Positions 18,086 through 27,619 of a stretch of DNA of 61,782 nucleotides are shown one piece after another. The translations under genes and the position numbers were made by a program. The notes below the pieces were generated by a model. The model was not told the origin of the DNA and did no database searches. It worked only from the letters and a program-made list of their open reading frames with translations. The DNA is from a virus (taxonomy: Duplodnaviria > Caudoviricetes), in the IMG/VR virus record IMGVR_UViG_3300027896_002037, positions 1 to 61,782 of that record. One strand, written 5' to 3'. Positions within the stretch are counted from its first letter, which is position 1. Every line of letters starts with the position of its first letter.

Positions 18086-18731
18086 TTTGATGGAAGCGTT
18101 AGAATTAAATCTTGAAGATCCTATAATTGGGGATGAGAATAATCATGAATTAAAAGCTTCGAATGGTTTTAATTTAACCTACAGGATTAGCTCTTTTGAA
18201 AATGATGCAGAATTTAAAAAATTTATTAAAAGTACAGAGTTAATAATTAGAAGGAGTTTGGAGTATAAAACTTGGCATAATTATCTGACAGATGTTCTAA
18301 ATGAAACGAATTGTATTATAACAATGGAACACAGTGAATGTTGTTCTATTCAGATACACCACCATATACCAAGTCTTTATATGTTAACGGATGCAGTTGT
18401 TAATAAAAAGTTACACGATAATGCAGTATTTTCATCATTTGATATAGCATCTGAAGTTATGGAATTTCATTTTTCAAATTATGTAGGATATGTACCGTTA
18501 GCAACTACGATACATGAAAAGTTCACAAATGGATTTTTCAAAATCCCAATTGAATTGGTAAAAGGAAATTATCAATATTTTCTAAACAATTACCTTCAAT
18601 ATTTAGATGATGAAGACCAACAAGTTATATTACAGAGGTTATCTATAAAATTAGAAGATGTTAAACATGCATGGACGAGTGGAAATTATCCAGCATTTTC
18701 TCCCACACAGGATGAAGATAGCGAATTTTAA
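18069..18731 (+). CDS. Hypothetical protein with HNH-like His pattern
   Basis: C.IT...IQIHHH.P...H...VG.VPL..T.HEK. Confidence 0.45.
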   Translation: MTTRTNLMEALELNLEDPIIGDENNHELKASNGFNLTYRISSFENDAEFKKFIKSTELIIRRSLEYKTWHNYLTDVLNETNCIITMEHSECCSIQIHHHIPSLYMLTDAVVNKKLHDNAVFSSFDIASEVMEFHFSNYVGYVPLATTIHEKFTNGFFKIPIELVKGNYQYFLNNYLQYLDDEDQQVILQRLSIKLEDVKHAWTSGNYPAFSPTQDEDSEF

Positions 18732-18754
18732 AAAAATAAAGGTAATTTAAAAAT

Positions 18755-19147
18755 ATGATAACTATAGATCAAGATGCAAAAATTGGAAGTAGACAGCCAT
18801 ATGAAATAGATAATATGGGAGAACGGTATAGAACATCTACAGGAATATATACCTTTTCGTCTCCATCCTTAGAAGTATTGGATAACCATTTATTTTATCT
18901 ATTAAAAAATTCTAAAGTTAATAAGTTCGATCAGAAGTATTTATACAATCCTTCATATTTATCATATGATGAATATGGAACAACTAATTTGGAATATGTT
19001 TTAATGTATATAAATGGTGTTTATTTACCAGAAGAATTTGATTTATCAGATGTTATTATTCCAACAATGGACGCAATTGTATATATTTGTAGAGATAAGT
19101 ATTCAGTCGAAAAAGCCCCATCATCATTTGAAATGATAAATTGGTAG
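18755..19147 (+). CDS. Baseplate wedge protein (T4 gp53-like, LysM-type)
   Basis: Y.P.YLSYDEYGTT.L.YVLMYING...P..F...IIP. Confidence 0.7.
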   Translation: MITIDQDAKIGSRQPYEIDNMGERYRTSTGIYTFSSPSLEVLDNHLFYLLKNSKVNKFDQKYLYNPSYLSYDEYGTTNLEYVLMYINGVYLPEEFDLSDVIIPTMDAIVYICRDKYSVEKAPSSFEMINW

Positions 19148-19154
19148 GAGAATC

Positions 19155-20048
19155 ATGGCGATTAATATTAAACGCGAATTCGAATTGTTACGAGGAACTG
19201 ATAATCTATTAGAATTAGATGCCAAAGGTATAAAGAAAGTATCTATAGAAAACGGTCAAAAATTACTATCAAATGTTATTGAAATGACCGAAACACACAT
19301 TGAACATTTTGGAAAAAAAAGAATATCAAAACAGATAAAACATATTAATGAAGTAGCTATCGTAAATATAGACACCTATCCATTATACGTATCATATAAT
19401 ATCCCCACAGATCAAATCATTTTAAATCTTTCTCCATTCAACGTAACAACAATTACCGCAATAAGACCAGATCCAAGAAATATATATGCAGCATTAATGT
19501 ATGGAACGTGTTTTAGAGATATAGTAAAATCTAAAGGTAAACATATTAAAGATAGATATGCTGCAGTATTTGCAAGTTATTTTACAAGTATGATGATTCA
19601 AATGTTTGGTAGAGAGTATGGATTATTGGCGAAATATTCACGCCAAATACCAATGTTAAAATATATCATATCATGTTATGTTTTAGTTTCATTTTTTAAT
19701 ACTCCAAATGATAAGGCATATATGGCCGCACGAGCAATATCTGGTTATGCGGATGAAGATTTAGAAAAGAATATTGCATCATTTGATCTTAATAATATAG
19801 GAGCAATGATCGATGCCCTCTCTAAATTGGGGGTACTACCCGGAATAAATAAACCATTATTTATGGGAAAACTTTTAAAATATGTTGGAGTTCAATTTAT
19901 ACCCGCATTAGAAGATGCCGCTAGAATGATTTCCTTATCAACTGCATCAATAATAAAAGGTAGTAATATTATTCCAACGTTTATAAGAAGATATAATGAA
20001 GATGAATTTTCAAATATTTTAGAATTGGGAAAGGCGGGAATGTCGTGA
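19155..20048 (+). CDS. Hypothetical protein
   Basis: 297 aa ORF, AGGAG RBS, coupled to spike gene. Confidence 0.6.
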   Translation: MAINIKREFELLRGTDNLLELDAKGIKKVSIENGQKLLSNVIEMTETHIEHFGKKRISKQIKHINEVAIVNIDTYPLYVSYNIPTDQIILNLSPFNVTTITAIRPDPRNIYAALMYGTCFRDIVKSKGKHIKDRYAAVFASYFTSMMIQMFGREYGLLAKYSRQIPMLKYIISCYVLVSFFNTPNDKAYMAARAISGYADEDLEKNIASFDLNNIGAMIDALSKLGVLPGINKPLFMGKLLKYVGVQFIPALEDAARMISLSTASIIKGSNIIPTFIRRYNEDEFSNILELGKAGMS

Positions 20049-21019
20049 GTGAAAGTAAAGATCTAAGTAATTTAACTGGAATCTATAGGGCAAAAGTTAC
20101 CGATAATGAGGATCCACTGAGGGCAGCTCGGGTAAAAGTTTGGATACCTGATATTATGCCAAAGATAGATGATTCACAGGGAATTTGGGCAATGCCTGCT
20201 AATAATGCAATAGGCGGACGAAATCTTGATGGTGGATCCAATGCATCATTTGGGGGTCAGTGTTTGATTCCACCCAGAGGTACATATTGTTTTGTTTTTT
20301 TTGAATGTGGGAATCCAAGTAGGCCGTATTATTTTGGAGCATTAGACCTGTCCGGATCTCAGAGTGCTCTACCCGAATGTAGAGTTGGAAAAAGTCCATC
20401 AGATAAATGGGTTTTACTAAAGTCTCCCGATGGAAGATGTATAACAATATCAGACGATCCATCGGATTGTAGAGTTGAGATTACAGGAAAGAAAAGAAAC
20501 ATTAACGATCCGCCAAATGGCGATACAGAATCTGTATATGAGATCGATACAAATCAGACAACGATATTACTTGATGAAAGAACTGGAAAAGAAAAATTAC
20601 TAATACGATCATACAAAGGAGATTTTATAAATTTTGATATTGAAACCCAACGATTGGAGATACGAGTCAGGAATAAAATAGATTTGGTGTGTGTAGGAGA
20701 GTTTAATTTATTCTCAAGTAGTGATATGAATATAACTTCTCAGGGGGTATTGACGTTAAGTGCAGTCAATGGAATTGTAATACAATCCGGACTGACAGTG
20801 AACGTTCAGGCAGCAGCTGATGTTAATGTGCAATCATGGGGATTGGCAAAAATTCAAGGAATGGTGAGTACGAGTATTCAGTCGGCTGGATCAGTTAATA
20901 TAGACGCTCCAATTTTGAGTGAATTAAATGGTACATCAATACCACCAATACCACCATTTATGCCAATTATGCCAGTACTTCCATCTGGAAAACGCGATCC
21001 TATCATAGGAGATATTTAA
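20045..21019 (+). CDS. Baseplate central spike (T4 gp5/VgrG OB-fold plus beta-strand repeats)
   Basis: GIYRAKVTDNEDPL...RVKV.IP, WA.P, IPP.GT.C.VFFECGNPSRPYYFG; C-terminal 8-residue beta repeats. Confidence 0.85.
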   Translation: MSESKDLSNLTGIYRAKVTDNEDPLRAARVKVWIPDIMPKIDDSQGIWAMPANNAIGGRNLDGGSNASFGGQCLIPPRGTYCFVFFECGNPSRPYYFGALDLSGSQSALPECRVGKSPSDKWVLLKSPDGRCITISDDPSDCRVEITGKKRNINDPPNGDTESVYEIDTNQTTILLDERTGKEKLLIRSYKGDFINFDIETQRLEIRVRNKIDLVCVGEFNLFSSSDMNITSQGVLTLSAVNGIVIQSGLTVNVQAAADVNVQSWGLAKIQGMVSTSIQSAGSVNIDAPILSELNGTSIPPIPPFMPIMPVLPSGKRDPIIGDI

Positions 21020-21020
21020 A

Positions 21021-21782
21021 ATGTCAGAATTATCAATTATGAAAAAAGGACTATGTTCATCTTTGCAAGTAACTGCTGATATATTGTTAACTATAGCCGA
21101 GGGAGTTGCGCAAGTGATTCTCAAAGAAATAAACCTTATAATAGATTTTTTAAAGATATTACATTTTTCTCCAGCACCATTTATATACGAACAGATAGCT
21201 AAATTAACAAAGGGATATAACCAATTTTGTCCAAATCTATCTGGAGCAGATGATCTTATAAATATGATCAATCAGTGTAATTTTTACAATAATACAGTTT
21301 TTGGATCTCCGACAGCAGCACTTAACGCCGCCAAAGCCGCTTTAATGGGTAATGCAATGTCGGTTATTAGTAACATAGTATCACATTTACCAGAATTTAC
21401 TGCAGCTCAAATGTTTGAAACATTATTAGAACAATTATCAACAAAGTTTATGTTTGATAAACAGATCGATAAAATTAAAAAAATCCTTGGATGTATACAA
21501 GCAATATGTGGCGTCGATATAGAATCATATCTACGTAGATTGAATGGTCTGTTAACTATGTTGTATATGGGATCGAGTGGAGAATTGGATTGGAGAAAAT
21601 TTTTAGAAGCTGGTGGAATTAAGGATATAAATAAGCAACGACTAATGGATGATTGTAGAGCCGCTATTAAAGATGCCAATACTGCATTCGATAAAAGTTT
21701 ACTCGATATTGCTGATGTATTAGATAAAACTAAGTGGTTTGATCCATTTGATCCATGGCCAGATTTTGCAGTACCTGGCTAA
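21021..21782 (+). CDS. Hypothetical protein, probably baseplate-associated
   Basis: 253 aa helical ORF directly after spike. Confidence 0.5.
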   Translation: MSELSIMKKGLCSSLQVTADILLTIAEGVAQVILKEINLIIDFLKILHFSPAPFIYEQIAKLTKGYNQFCPNLSGADDLINMINQCNFYNNTVFGSPTAALNAAKAALMGNAMSVISNIVSHLPEFTAAQMFETLLEQLSTKFMFDKQIDKIKKILGCIQAICGVDIESYLRRLNGLLTMLYMGSSGELDWRKFLEAGGIKDINKQRLMDDCRAAIKDANTAFDKSLLDIADVLDKTKWFDPFDPWPDFAVPG

Positions 21783-21790
21783 AATAATAT

Positions 21791-21819
21791 TTGACAAAGT
21801 ATATTTTTTAGTGTAAAGA
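21791..21819 (+). promoter_or_regulatory. sigma70-like promoter (TTGACA-17-TAAAGA)
   Basis: Consensus TTGACA 21791-21796 in an intergenic gap; weak -10. Confidence 0.4.
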
Positions 21820-21858
21820 AAGAATAGATAATTGTGAACACGTGAAAAGGAGAATTCT

Positions 21859-23298
21859 GTGATTAAATTTTTACAGGCAGAAAAGGGTAAAAATCGAGAT
21901 GTTTATAGGGATGATAAATTTTTAATTCATTTAAAAATGGAATCCAATACAATATCTAATAAATTCGATATCATTGCAAATTATATAGGAGAAATATCAA
22001 ACTTTTCTCCAGATTTTGATGAGTGGTTTGAATCATTTTTATGTGAATACATCTTCGCAGAACAGGCTCGATATTTAGTTCTTGAAAAACATATTAATAC
22101 CATTAAAAAATATTCAGATGATTATATCACTTCTAAAAATATAGATTTTTCAAAATTTTCTGATATTACAAAAACGAAAAAAAATAGTATCTTCTTTCAA
22201 GGTTATGAGATTGAAAACATCATCAGATCATCTTGCTATTTAAAATTATATGCTGTTATTTCAAATAGTGATAATTTACGATTAGATTATAGACTTCATA
22301 AAAAAGCATATAATGAATTTTTGAAAGATATCGGTGAAGAACTGATTGCAAAAATATATATGATTGTTCAGACAAAAACGTTTAAGTATAATCAAACTGA
22401 TAGATATATGTGGGAGCATATTAAAGTTCTTAAGTGTAAGTCTATAGATACTCATGCCATAGAGATTTTTAATACGATAATGAATAACATTATCGTTCTG
22501 TGTTCAATTGATATGAATCCTATAATATACTTTACAACTATTGTTGATGAGTCTATAAAATGGACATTAAAGACAGCATATGAAGCTAAGATAATATATG
22601 ATGATAGTATATCAACAGAAGATATACATGGTCCCGGGTCTGATAATTTAAAGACGTATGCATATAATGATACATTGGGGCGGTTAAAAGCTATAGCGTA
22701 TAAACAAATATATGAAACTGTAGAAAAAACATCACTCTCCCTAAATCCTGAAAAATCAGATCACTTATTTACAATCATACACCAAAGGATTAAAAATGCG
22801 TCATATATATCACCATTTTGTGATTTTTTAGTATACCCAATTATCTCAAAAATAACTCAAATACCATATGATAATTTTAGAGCTTTAACCCCAGAGCATG
22901 CAATCGTACTTTCAGTATACCTTCAAAATTTAATTAGAAAAGTTTTTGAACATGAATATAAGATATTATTTAAAATGTTGAGTTATTATCCAACATCACA
23001 ACCATCTTTACAAACAACGTATAAGTTAAAAAATATGTCATTGTTTATAACATTGGCAAATTCTGTTGACGATTTCTTTGGATTTAAATCAAAAGTTTTA
23101 TTAGCTAATATGATAGGAACTTTTGTTGGAAAAGTTGCTCGTGTAAATTTTGTAGATGTCTTTACAGGAGAAGAATTAAACGGAATTCCTGTCTCCAAAT
23201 TAGAGACTGAAATGATACAGTTTTATGTTTTATTATTTTCTAATAAATTAGATGATTATATAAGTAAGATACGAGAAGAAATGCTCAGAGATTTTTAA
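21859..23298 (+). CDS. Hypothetical helical protein (candidate RNAP specificity subunit)
   Basis: 479 aa ORF, AAGGAG RBS and GTG start; function inferred only from size and context. Confidence 0.5.
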   Translation: MIKFLQAEKGKNRDVYRDDKFLIHLKMESNTISNKFDIIANYIGEISNFSPDFDEWFESFLCEYIFAEQARYLVLEKHINTIKKYSDDYITSKNIDFSKFSDITKTKKNSIFFQGYEIENIIRSSCYLKLYAVISNSDNLRLDYRLHKKAYNEFLKDIGEELIAKIYMIVQTKTFKYNQTDRYMWEHIKVLKCKSIDTHAIEIFNTIMNNIIVLCSIDMNPIIYFTTIVDESIKWTLKTAYEAKIIYDDSISTEDIHGPGSDNLKTYAYNDTLGRLKAIAYKQIYETVEKTSLSLNPEKSDHLFTIIHQRIKNASYISPFCDFLVYPIISKITQIPYDNFRALTPEHAIVLSVYLQNLIRKVFEHEYKILFKMLSYYPTSQPSLQTTYKLKNMSLFITLANSVDDFFGFKSKVLLANMIGTFVGKVARVNFVDVFTGEELNGIPVSKLETEMIQFYVLLFSNKLDDYISKIREEMLRDF

Positions 23299-23314
23299 TG
23301 TTTGAGGTGCGTGC

Positions 23315-23330
23315 CAACAAAATATAAAAT
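23315..23330 (+). promoter_or_regulatory. Putative phage promoter motif SAACAAAAT(W)WAAAAT
   Basis: CAACAAAATATAAAAT upstream of GAGG RBS heading the RNAP-1 cluster. Confidence 0.4.
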
Positions 23331-23349
23331 TAACATGAGGTTTTTTATT

Positions 23350-23724
23350 ATGAAAAAAGATCAAATTAAAACTATCACTCTTGAAAGTAATAAGATAAAG
23401 ACTATTTTAAAACGGGTTAAAAAGATTACAGAATCCATAGAAGGTGGAGTGGATGAAAGATTAAAATGGTTGACAGACAGAGATTTTAGAAAAAAGACAT
23501 TTGAGGAAAAACCAGAATGTTATATGGTGATAAGAACTACATATGGTAACGACCTCCCATTGGTTCCTATTTGCAACAGAATGGCGTTAGATGATCCTAA
23601 GGTAATCTTGGGCGCATTAGTAGTAGCCAAATCGTTCTTAGGGGATGCTAGGGTAGAACAGGACCATCTTAACTTTATAATCGATGATCTTGCAAAATTA
23701 GTTGGACGAAAACTTGATAGATAA
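23350..23724 (+). CDS. Hypothetical protein
   Basis: Start moved to ATG 23350 (GAGG RBS); 124 aa. Confidence 0.55.
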   Translation: MKKDQIKTITLESNKIKTILKRVKKITESIEGGVDERLKWLTDRDFRKKTFEEKPECYMVIRTTYGNDLPLVPICNRMALDDPKVILGALVVAKSFLGDARVEQDHLNFIIDDLAKLVGRKLDR

Positions 23725-23763
23725 AGTAGACGTTGCAGTAAAAATACTCCTGGAGAATATTTA

Positions 23764-26700
23764 ATGTTATTAAAATTTCTAGATGTAGAACATTTCGTTG
23801 TGACCAATGCATTAGTTCCGGTTACATCAACGGACATCTACACAAAGGATGGTAACTTTGATGAAAATGGACTATTCTCAGACGTGATCTTTGGAAAAGA
23901 TTCTGACGTTAGAAAAAAGTCGTTTTCATATATTAATTTAAATTGTGAAATTGTTCATCCAACCGCATTAGATATTATAAATCGATTAGATAGGAAATTA
24001 ATAGATTTTATATTTACATACGGAACATATCTTCTAGATGATGAAGGAAGTTTATACGAAGATCCAAATGGATTATCCGGAGTTGAGAATTTTAAAAAGA
24101 TCTTTCAAAAAATTAAATTTAGAGGAGGAAGCTCCGAAAGAGAATCCTTCATTAAATTAATACAAGAATCTTATAATTCTGGAGTATTATTTATTAGGAA
24201 GATACTAGTAATACCACCCGAATTTAGACCAGTTTTTAAAGATCCTGCAACGGGAGAAGAAATACGAGATGCACTTAATGATTTTTATATTAAAATATTA
24301 AGACACTCAAATACAATGAGATCTGCATCGGGCGGCGGAATATTTTATGATATACTAAATGCTAATATGCAGAAAAGTGTTAATGATTTTGATGATTATA
24401 TCAAAGCAAAACTCGGTCATAAACACGGACTGATCCGTGAGCAAATACTTGGTAAGCGTGTTGATTTTTCAGCAAGAACCGTAATAGTGAACGGACCAAC
24501 TTTAAAACCACACGAGGCTGGTATTCCAATTGGACGAGCAGTCTCAATATTCGAGCCTTTTATATTAAACGTAATACTTAAGAAAAAAGCGAATGTTGAT
24601 AATGATCTACTAATTCAGAAAATTAAAGAATTTGTTCATCAAGAATTTTCAATAGATGCTGTAAAAAAATTATTACTTTCTATAAAAAATAATGATACTG
24701 TTCCAAGCGATCTTTTTGAAATGATGTTTATAGTTGTATCAAAAGCTATGGAAGGAAGATTGGTTCTATTAAAACGAGATCCCGCACTAAGACCAGAATC
24801 GGTAAGGGCATTCGTTCCAATATTAACAAGAAATGATGTTATATCAATTAGTAATCTTATAACTTCTGGATTTAATGCTGATTTTGATGGGGACATGATG
24901 GCTGTTATACATCCGCTATCAAATGAAGCACAAGAAGATGCTAAAAAAATGATACGTGTACAATCCGCTGATAATATGTCAGCTATGACGATTAAATTAG
25001 CTAAAGATACGGCAATTGGGATATATATCCTTACAAAGGATTATCCTATAAACAAAAAGCCAATTCAAATTACCGAGGAGCTATTAGAGAAATCTACCGA
25101 TCCAACTACTCCAGTTATATATAAAACTAAAGTTACAACTATGGGCCGAGCAATTTTTAATTCCTGCTTACCAGAGGGATTTAGATTTATAGAAACACCA
25201 ATCAAAAGTTCAGATATGGATAAGTTACTAGATGAAATCTATCGTAAGTATGCAGCTAAAGCTGTGTCTAATGCAGCATATAAGTTAATGTTATATGCCT
25301 ATAAATTTGTAACTATTGCATCTCCATCACTGACTATAGATAATTTTATAATGCCAGATTCAATAATAAAAGAAAAAGAAAAATTAGAATTAAGTCAATC
25401 TGTAGATGAAAATATAAAATTATTAGATAAATTGCAGAAAATGATGGAAGCACATTTCTCAGGAACACCGCTACACGACCTTATAGAATCTGGTGCGTCT
25501 AAGGGTTGGGGACAGCCATTTCAGATCTTTGTATCAAAGGGATTTGTTACAGACGTTAAAGGAAATTTATTACCACCGATTAAGGGATCATATGCTGAGG
25601 GGCTGAGTGCAGAAGAACACTTTAATGCTTCATATGGATCTAGAAAAGGAATTGTAGATAGAGTTATCAGTACATCAGATACGGGATATACATCTCGCCA
25701 ATTAGTATATCTTTTAAATGGTGTAGAATTAGATCCACATAATGAGGATTGTAAGACTAAAAGAACTCTTCCTGTTAGATTAAACAAAACTATTATCGGG
25801 AGATTAGAGGGAAGATATATTGTTGATAAGGGAACCTCAAAAGAATTTATAAAATCCAATTATAAAGAAGGTGATGTTATTAATTTAAGAAGTCCGATAT
25901 ACTGTACAGCTAAAAATAATAAAATTTGTTTAACATGTTATGGTAAAAAAGTTGCCGCCAGAGTTAAAACTCCATATATAGGAGTTTTAGCAGCTCAATT
26001 GATTGGTGAAGAGGGTACTCAGGCGACAATGAGGAACTTCCATTGTTTTCAAGGACTTACGTTAATCGTTACGGATAAATATGGGATAATATCTTTTAAA
26101 GATCTTTGGGATAGAACTGAGACAAGCATTAGTGAATTGGATGGATGTGAAGAAAAACTAATCGATTCATGTTCTGTGTTAGATAAAGATGGATGGACAA
26201 AAATCTTAAATATAAAAAGACATATAAAAAATCCAAACTCTAAAATAATGTTTATGAGAATTCGTGGTGGACAATTTTTAATATGTCAGGATAATCATCC
26301 ACACATGCTTTCTAATTTAAACGATTCAGATCAACATTTTAAAGAAACTATTTTAACAGAAAATAGTAATTATGAAAATTATAAAGCAGTTACAGATAAT
26401 CAGATCGCAAAATATTTTGGTAAAACTGACGATGAATTAATGGAAACAATATGTGAAATTTTAAATTCTGAAAGATTAGAAATAACTAGAAACATCGTTT
26501 CATTTAACTCAGATTCTTTAGAAAACATACAGAAATTAATGATATTATTATGTTACTTTAACATATCGGTTGGAGTTCGTCCAATAATGGAAAATTATAA
26601 AAATAAGCAATTATTCAATTTATCTTTTGCTCCAACATTAAGTCAGAAGTCTTATTTTAACACATGCAATAAGATGAAATCATTTCGATATTTACCAGAT

Positions 26701-26907
26701 CAATTTATTAATAGACATACAGATGTTATATCTGTATATAAGGAACTTCCATTTTATAACGAAGATTTTTTATATGACATATGTACAGAGTCATCAACGC
26801 TTATTGCAAATGGCATGTGGGAACATAATTCTGGAGGAGCTGTTAAGTTAGAAAATAAAGATATTCTTAAAGATTTAGTTGAGAATGGCAAAGGATTGGA
26901 GAAATAA
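23764..26907 (+). CDS. rpoC: RNA polymerase beta'-like subunit 1, N-terminal portion (to trigger helix 1), with intein
   Basis: GLFS..IFG, VIPPEFRP, LGKRVDFSAR.VI, L.RDP.L, NADFDGD, TSDTGYTSRQL bridge helix, GEEGTQATMRNFH. Confidence 0.92.
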   Translation: MLLKFLDVEHFVVTNALVPVTSTDIYTKDGNFDENGLFSDVIFGKDSDVRKKSFSYINLNCEIVHPTALDIINRLDRKLIDFIFTYGTYLLDDEGSLYEDPNGLSGVENFKKIFQKIKFRGGSSERESFIKLIQESYNSGVLFIRKILVIPPEFRPVFKDPATGEEIRDALNDFYIKILRHSNTMRSASGGGIFYDILNANMQKSVNDFDDYIKAKLGHKHGLIREQILGKRVDFSARTVIVNGPTLKPHEAGIPIGRAVSIFEPFILNVILKKKANVDNDLLIQKIKEFVHQEFSIDAVKKLLLSIKNNDTVPSDLFEMMFIVVSKAMEGRLVLLKRDPALRPESVRAFVPILTRNDVISISNLITSGFNADFDGDMMAVIHPLSNEAQEDAKKMIRVQSADNMSAMTIKLAKDTAIGIYILTKDYPINKKPIQITEELLEKSTDPTTPVIYKTKVTTMGRAIFNSCLPEGFRFIETPIKSSDMDKLLDEIYRKYAAKAVSNAAYKLMLYAYKFVTIASPSLTIDNFIMPDSIIKEKEKLELSQSVDENIKLLDKLQKMMEAHFSGTPLHDLIESGASKGWGQPFQIFVSKGFVTDVKGNLLPPIKGSYAEGLSAEEHFNASYGSRKGIVDRVISTSDTGYTSRQLVYLLNGVELDPHNEDCKTKRTLPVRLNKTIIGRLEGRYIVDKGTSKEFIKSNYKEGDVINLRSPIYCTAKNNKICLTCYGKKVAARVKTPYIGVLAAQLIGEEGTQATMRNFHCFQGLTLIVTDKYGIISFKDLWDRTETSISELDGCEEKLIDSCSVLDKDGWTKILNIKRHIKNPNSKIMFMRIRGGQFLICQDNHPHMLSNLNDSDQHFKETILTENSNYENYKAVTDNQIAKYFGKTDDELMETICEILNSERLEITRNIVSFNSDSLENIQKLMILLCYFNISVGVRPIMENYKNKQLFNLSFAPTLSQKSYFNTCNKMKSFRYLPDQFINRHTDVISVYKELPFYNEDFLYDICTESSTLIANGMWEHNSGGAVKLENKDILKDLVENGKGLEK
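26044..26829 (+). mobile_element. Intein in beta'-1 trigger loop (262 aa, degenerate endonuclease remnant)
   Basis: MRNFH|CFQGLT...CQDNH...LYDI.T.SSTLIANGMWEHN|SGG; removal restores RNFHSGG. Confidence 0.88.
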
Positions 26908-26912
26908 TTCCA

Positions 26913-27599
26913 ATGATAAAATTATCAGATTATTTTAAACAGGAGAATCAAAAATTATATGCTAAAGAATCGTGTAGTATTTCTCTATCTAAAGATCAGT
27001 ATGACTTGGATGATAATTACACTATATATGAAAACGAGAAAATTCTGGCCGTTAAAGGCCTAGTCTCAGTTTGTAGAATATTAGAAGAAGACATAACGTT
27101 TGATCTTATTTTAGATTATTCTATCAACTTAAATATAGTAGTAGAATTAGAAGATCTAAAAAATGAAATTGTATTGCACTATAATAAGAATGATCTAATT
27201 TTTACAGTTCCTGTCGAACATCATGATGTTAGAAGTAAAGTTCTATACATTAGAAGATTATTGGGTGGCAATGAAATTTTTAAAGATTCTACTCACTTAG
27301 TTATGAAATTAGCAAATATGTATTCAAAGTTTGATCTTATACATTTGGAAGTATTAATCTCGCAATCACTTAGAGATAAAGATCGTCCAATTTTACCCGC
27401 ACGGGTTGGGAAAGATCCAGACCATCCTAAAATGGCTAATATTAAAAAAGATATTTTTTATAGTGGTTTTATCCAAGGTCTTGCATTTGAAAACATCAAT
27501 GAAGCCATTAGAACAGGATTAAGTGCCGAATATAATCTTGAACCAACTATTTTAGAAAAAGTATTTTTGGGCGAAATTGTTAAACCGCCCGAAAAATAA
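26913..27599 (+). CDS. RNA polymerase beta'-like subunit 1, C-terminal portion
   Basis: DVRSKV..IRRLL (trigger helix 2-like), HLEVLISQ, GFIQGLAFEN..EAI..G...LEKVFLGEIV (beta' region H). Confidence 0.75.
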   Translation: MIKLSDYFKQENQKLYAKESCSISLSKDQYDLDDNYTIYENEKILAVKGLVSVCRILEEDITFDLILDYSINLNIVVELEDLKNEIVLHYNKNDLIFTVPVEHHDVRSKVLYIRRLLGGNEIFKDSTHLVMKLANMYSKFDLIHLEVLISQSLRDKDRPILPARVGKDPDHPKMANIKKDIFYSGFIQGLAFENINEAIRTGLSAEYNLEPTILEKVFLGEIVKPPEK

Positions 27600-27619
27600 T
27601 TTAACGAGGAAATATTATA

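Noticed and set aside
26890-26920. Programmed frameshift or split intein joining the two beta'-1 parts
   Set aside because: No slippery heptamer or intein half at the junction; the downstream ORF has its own GGAG and ATG
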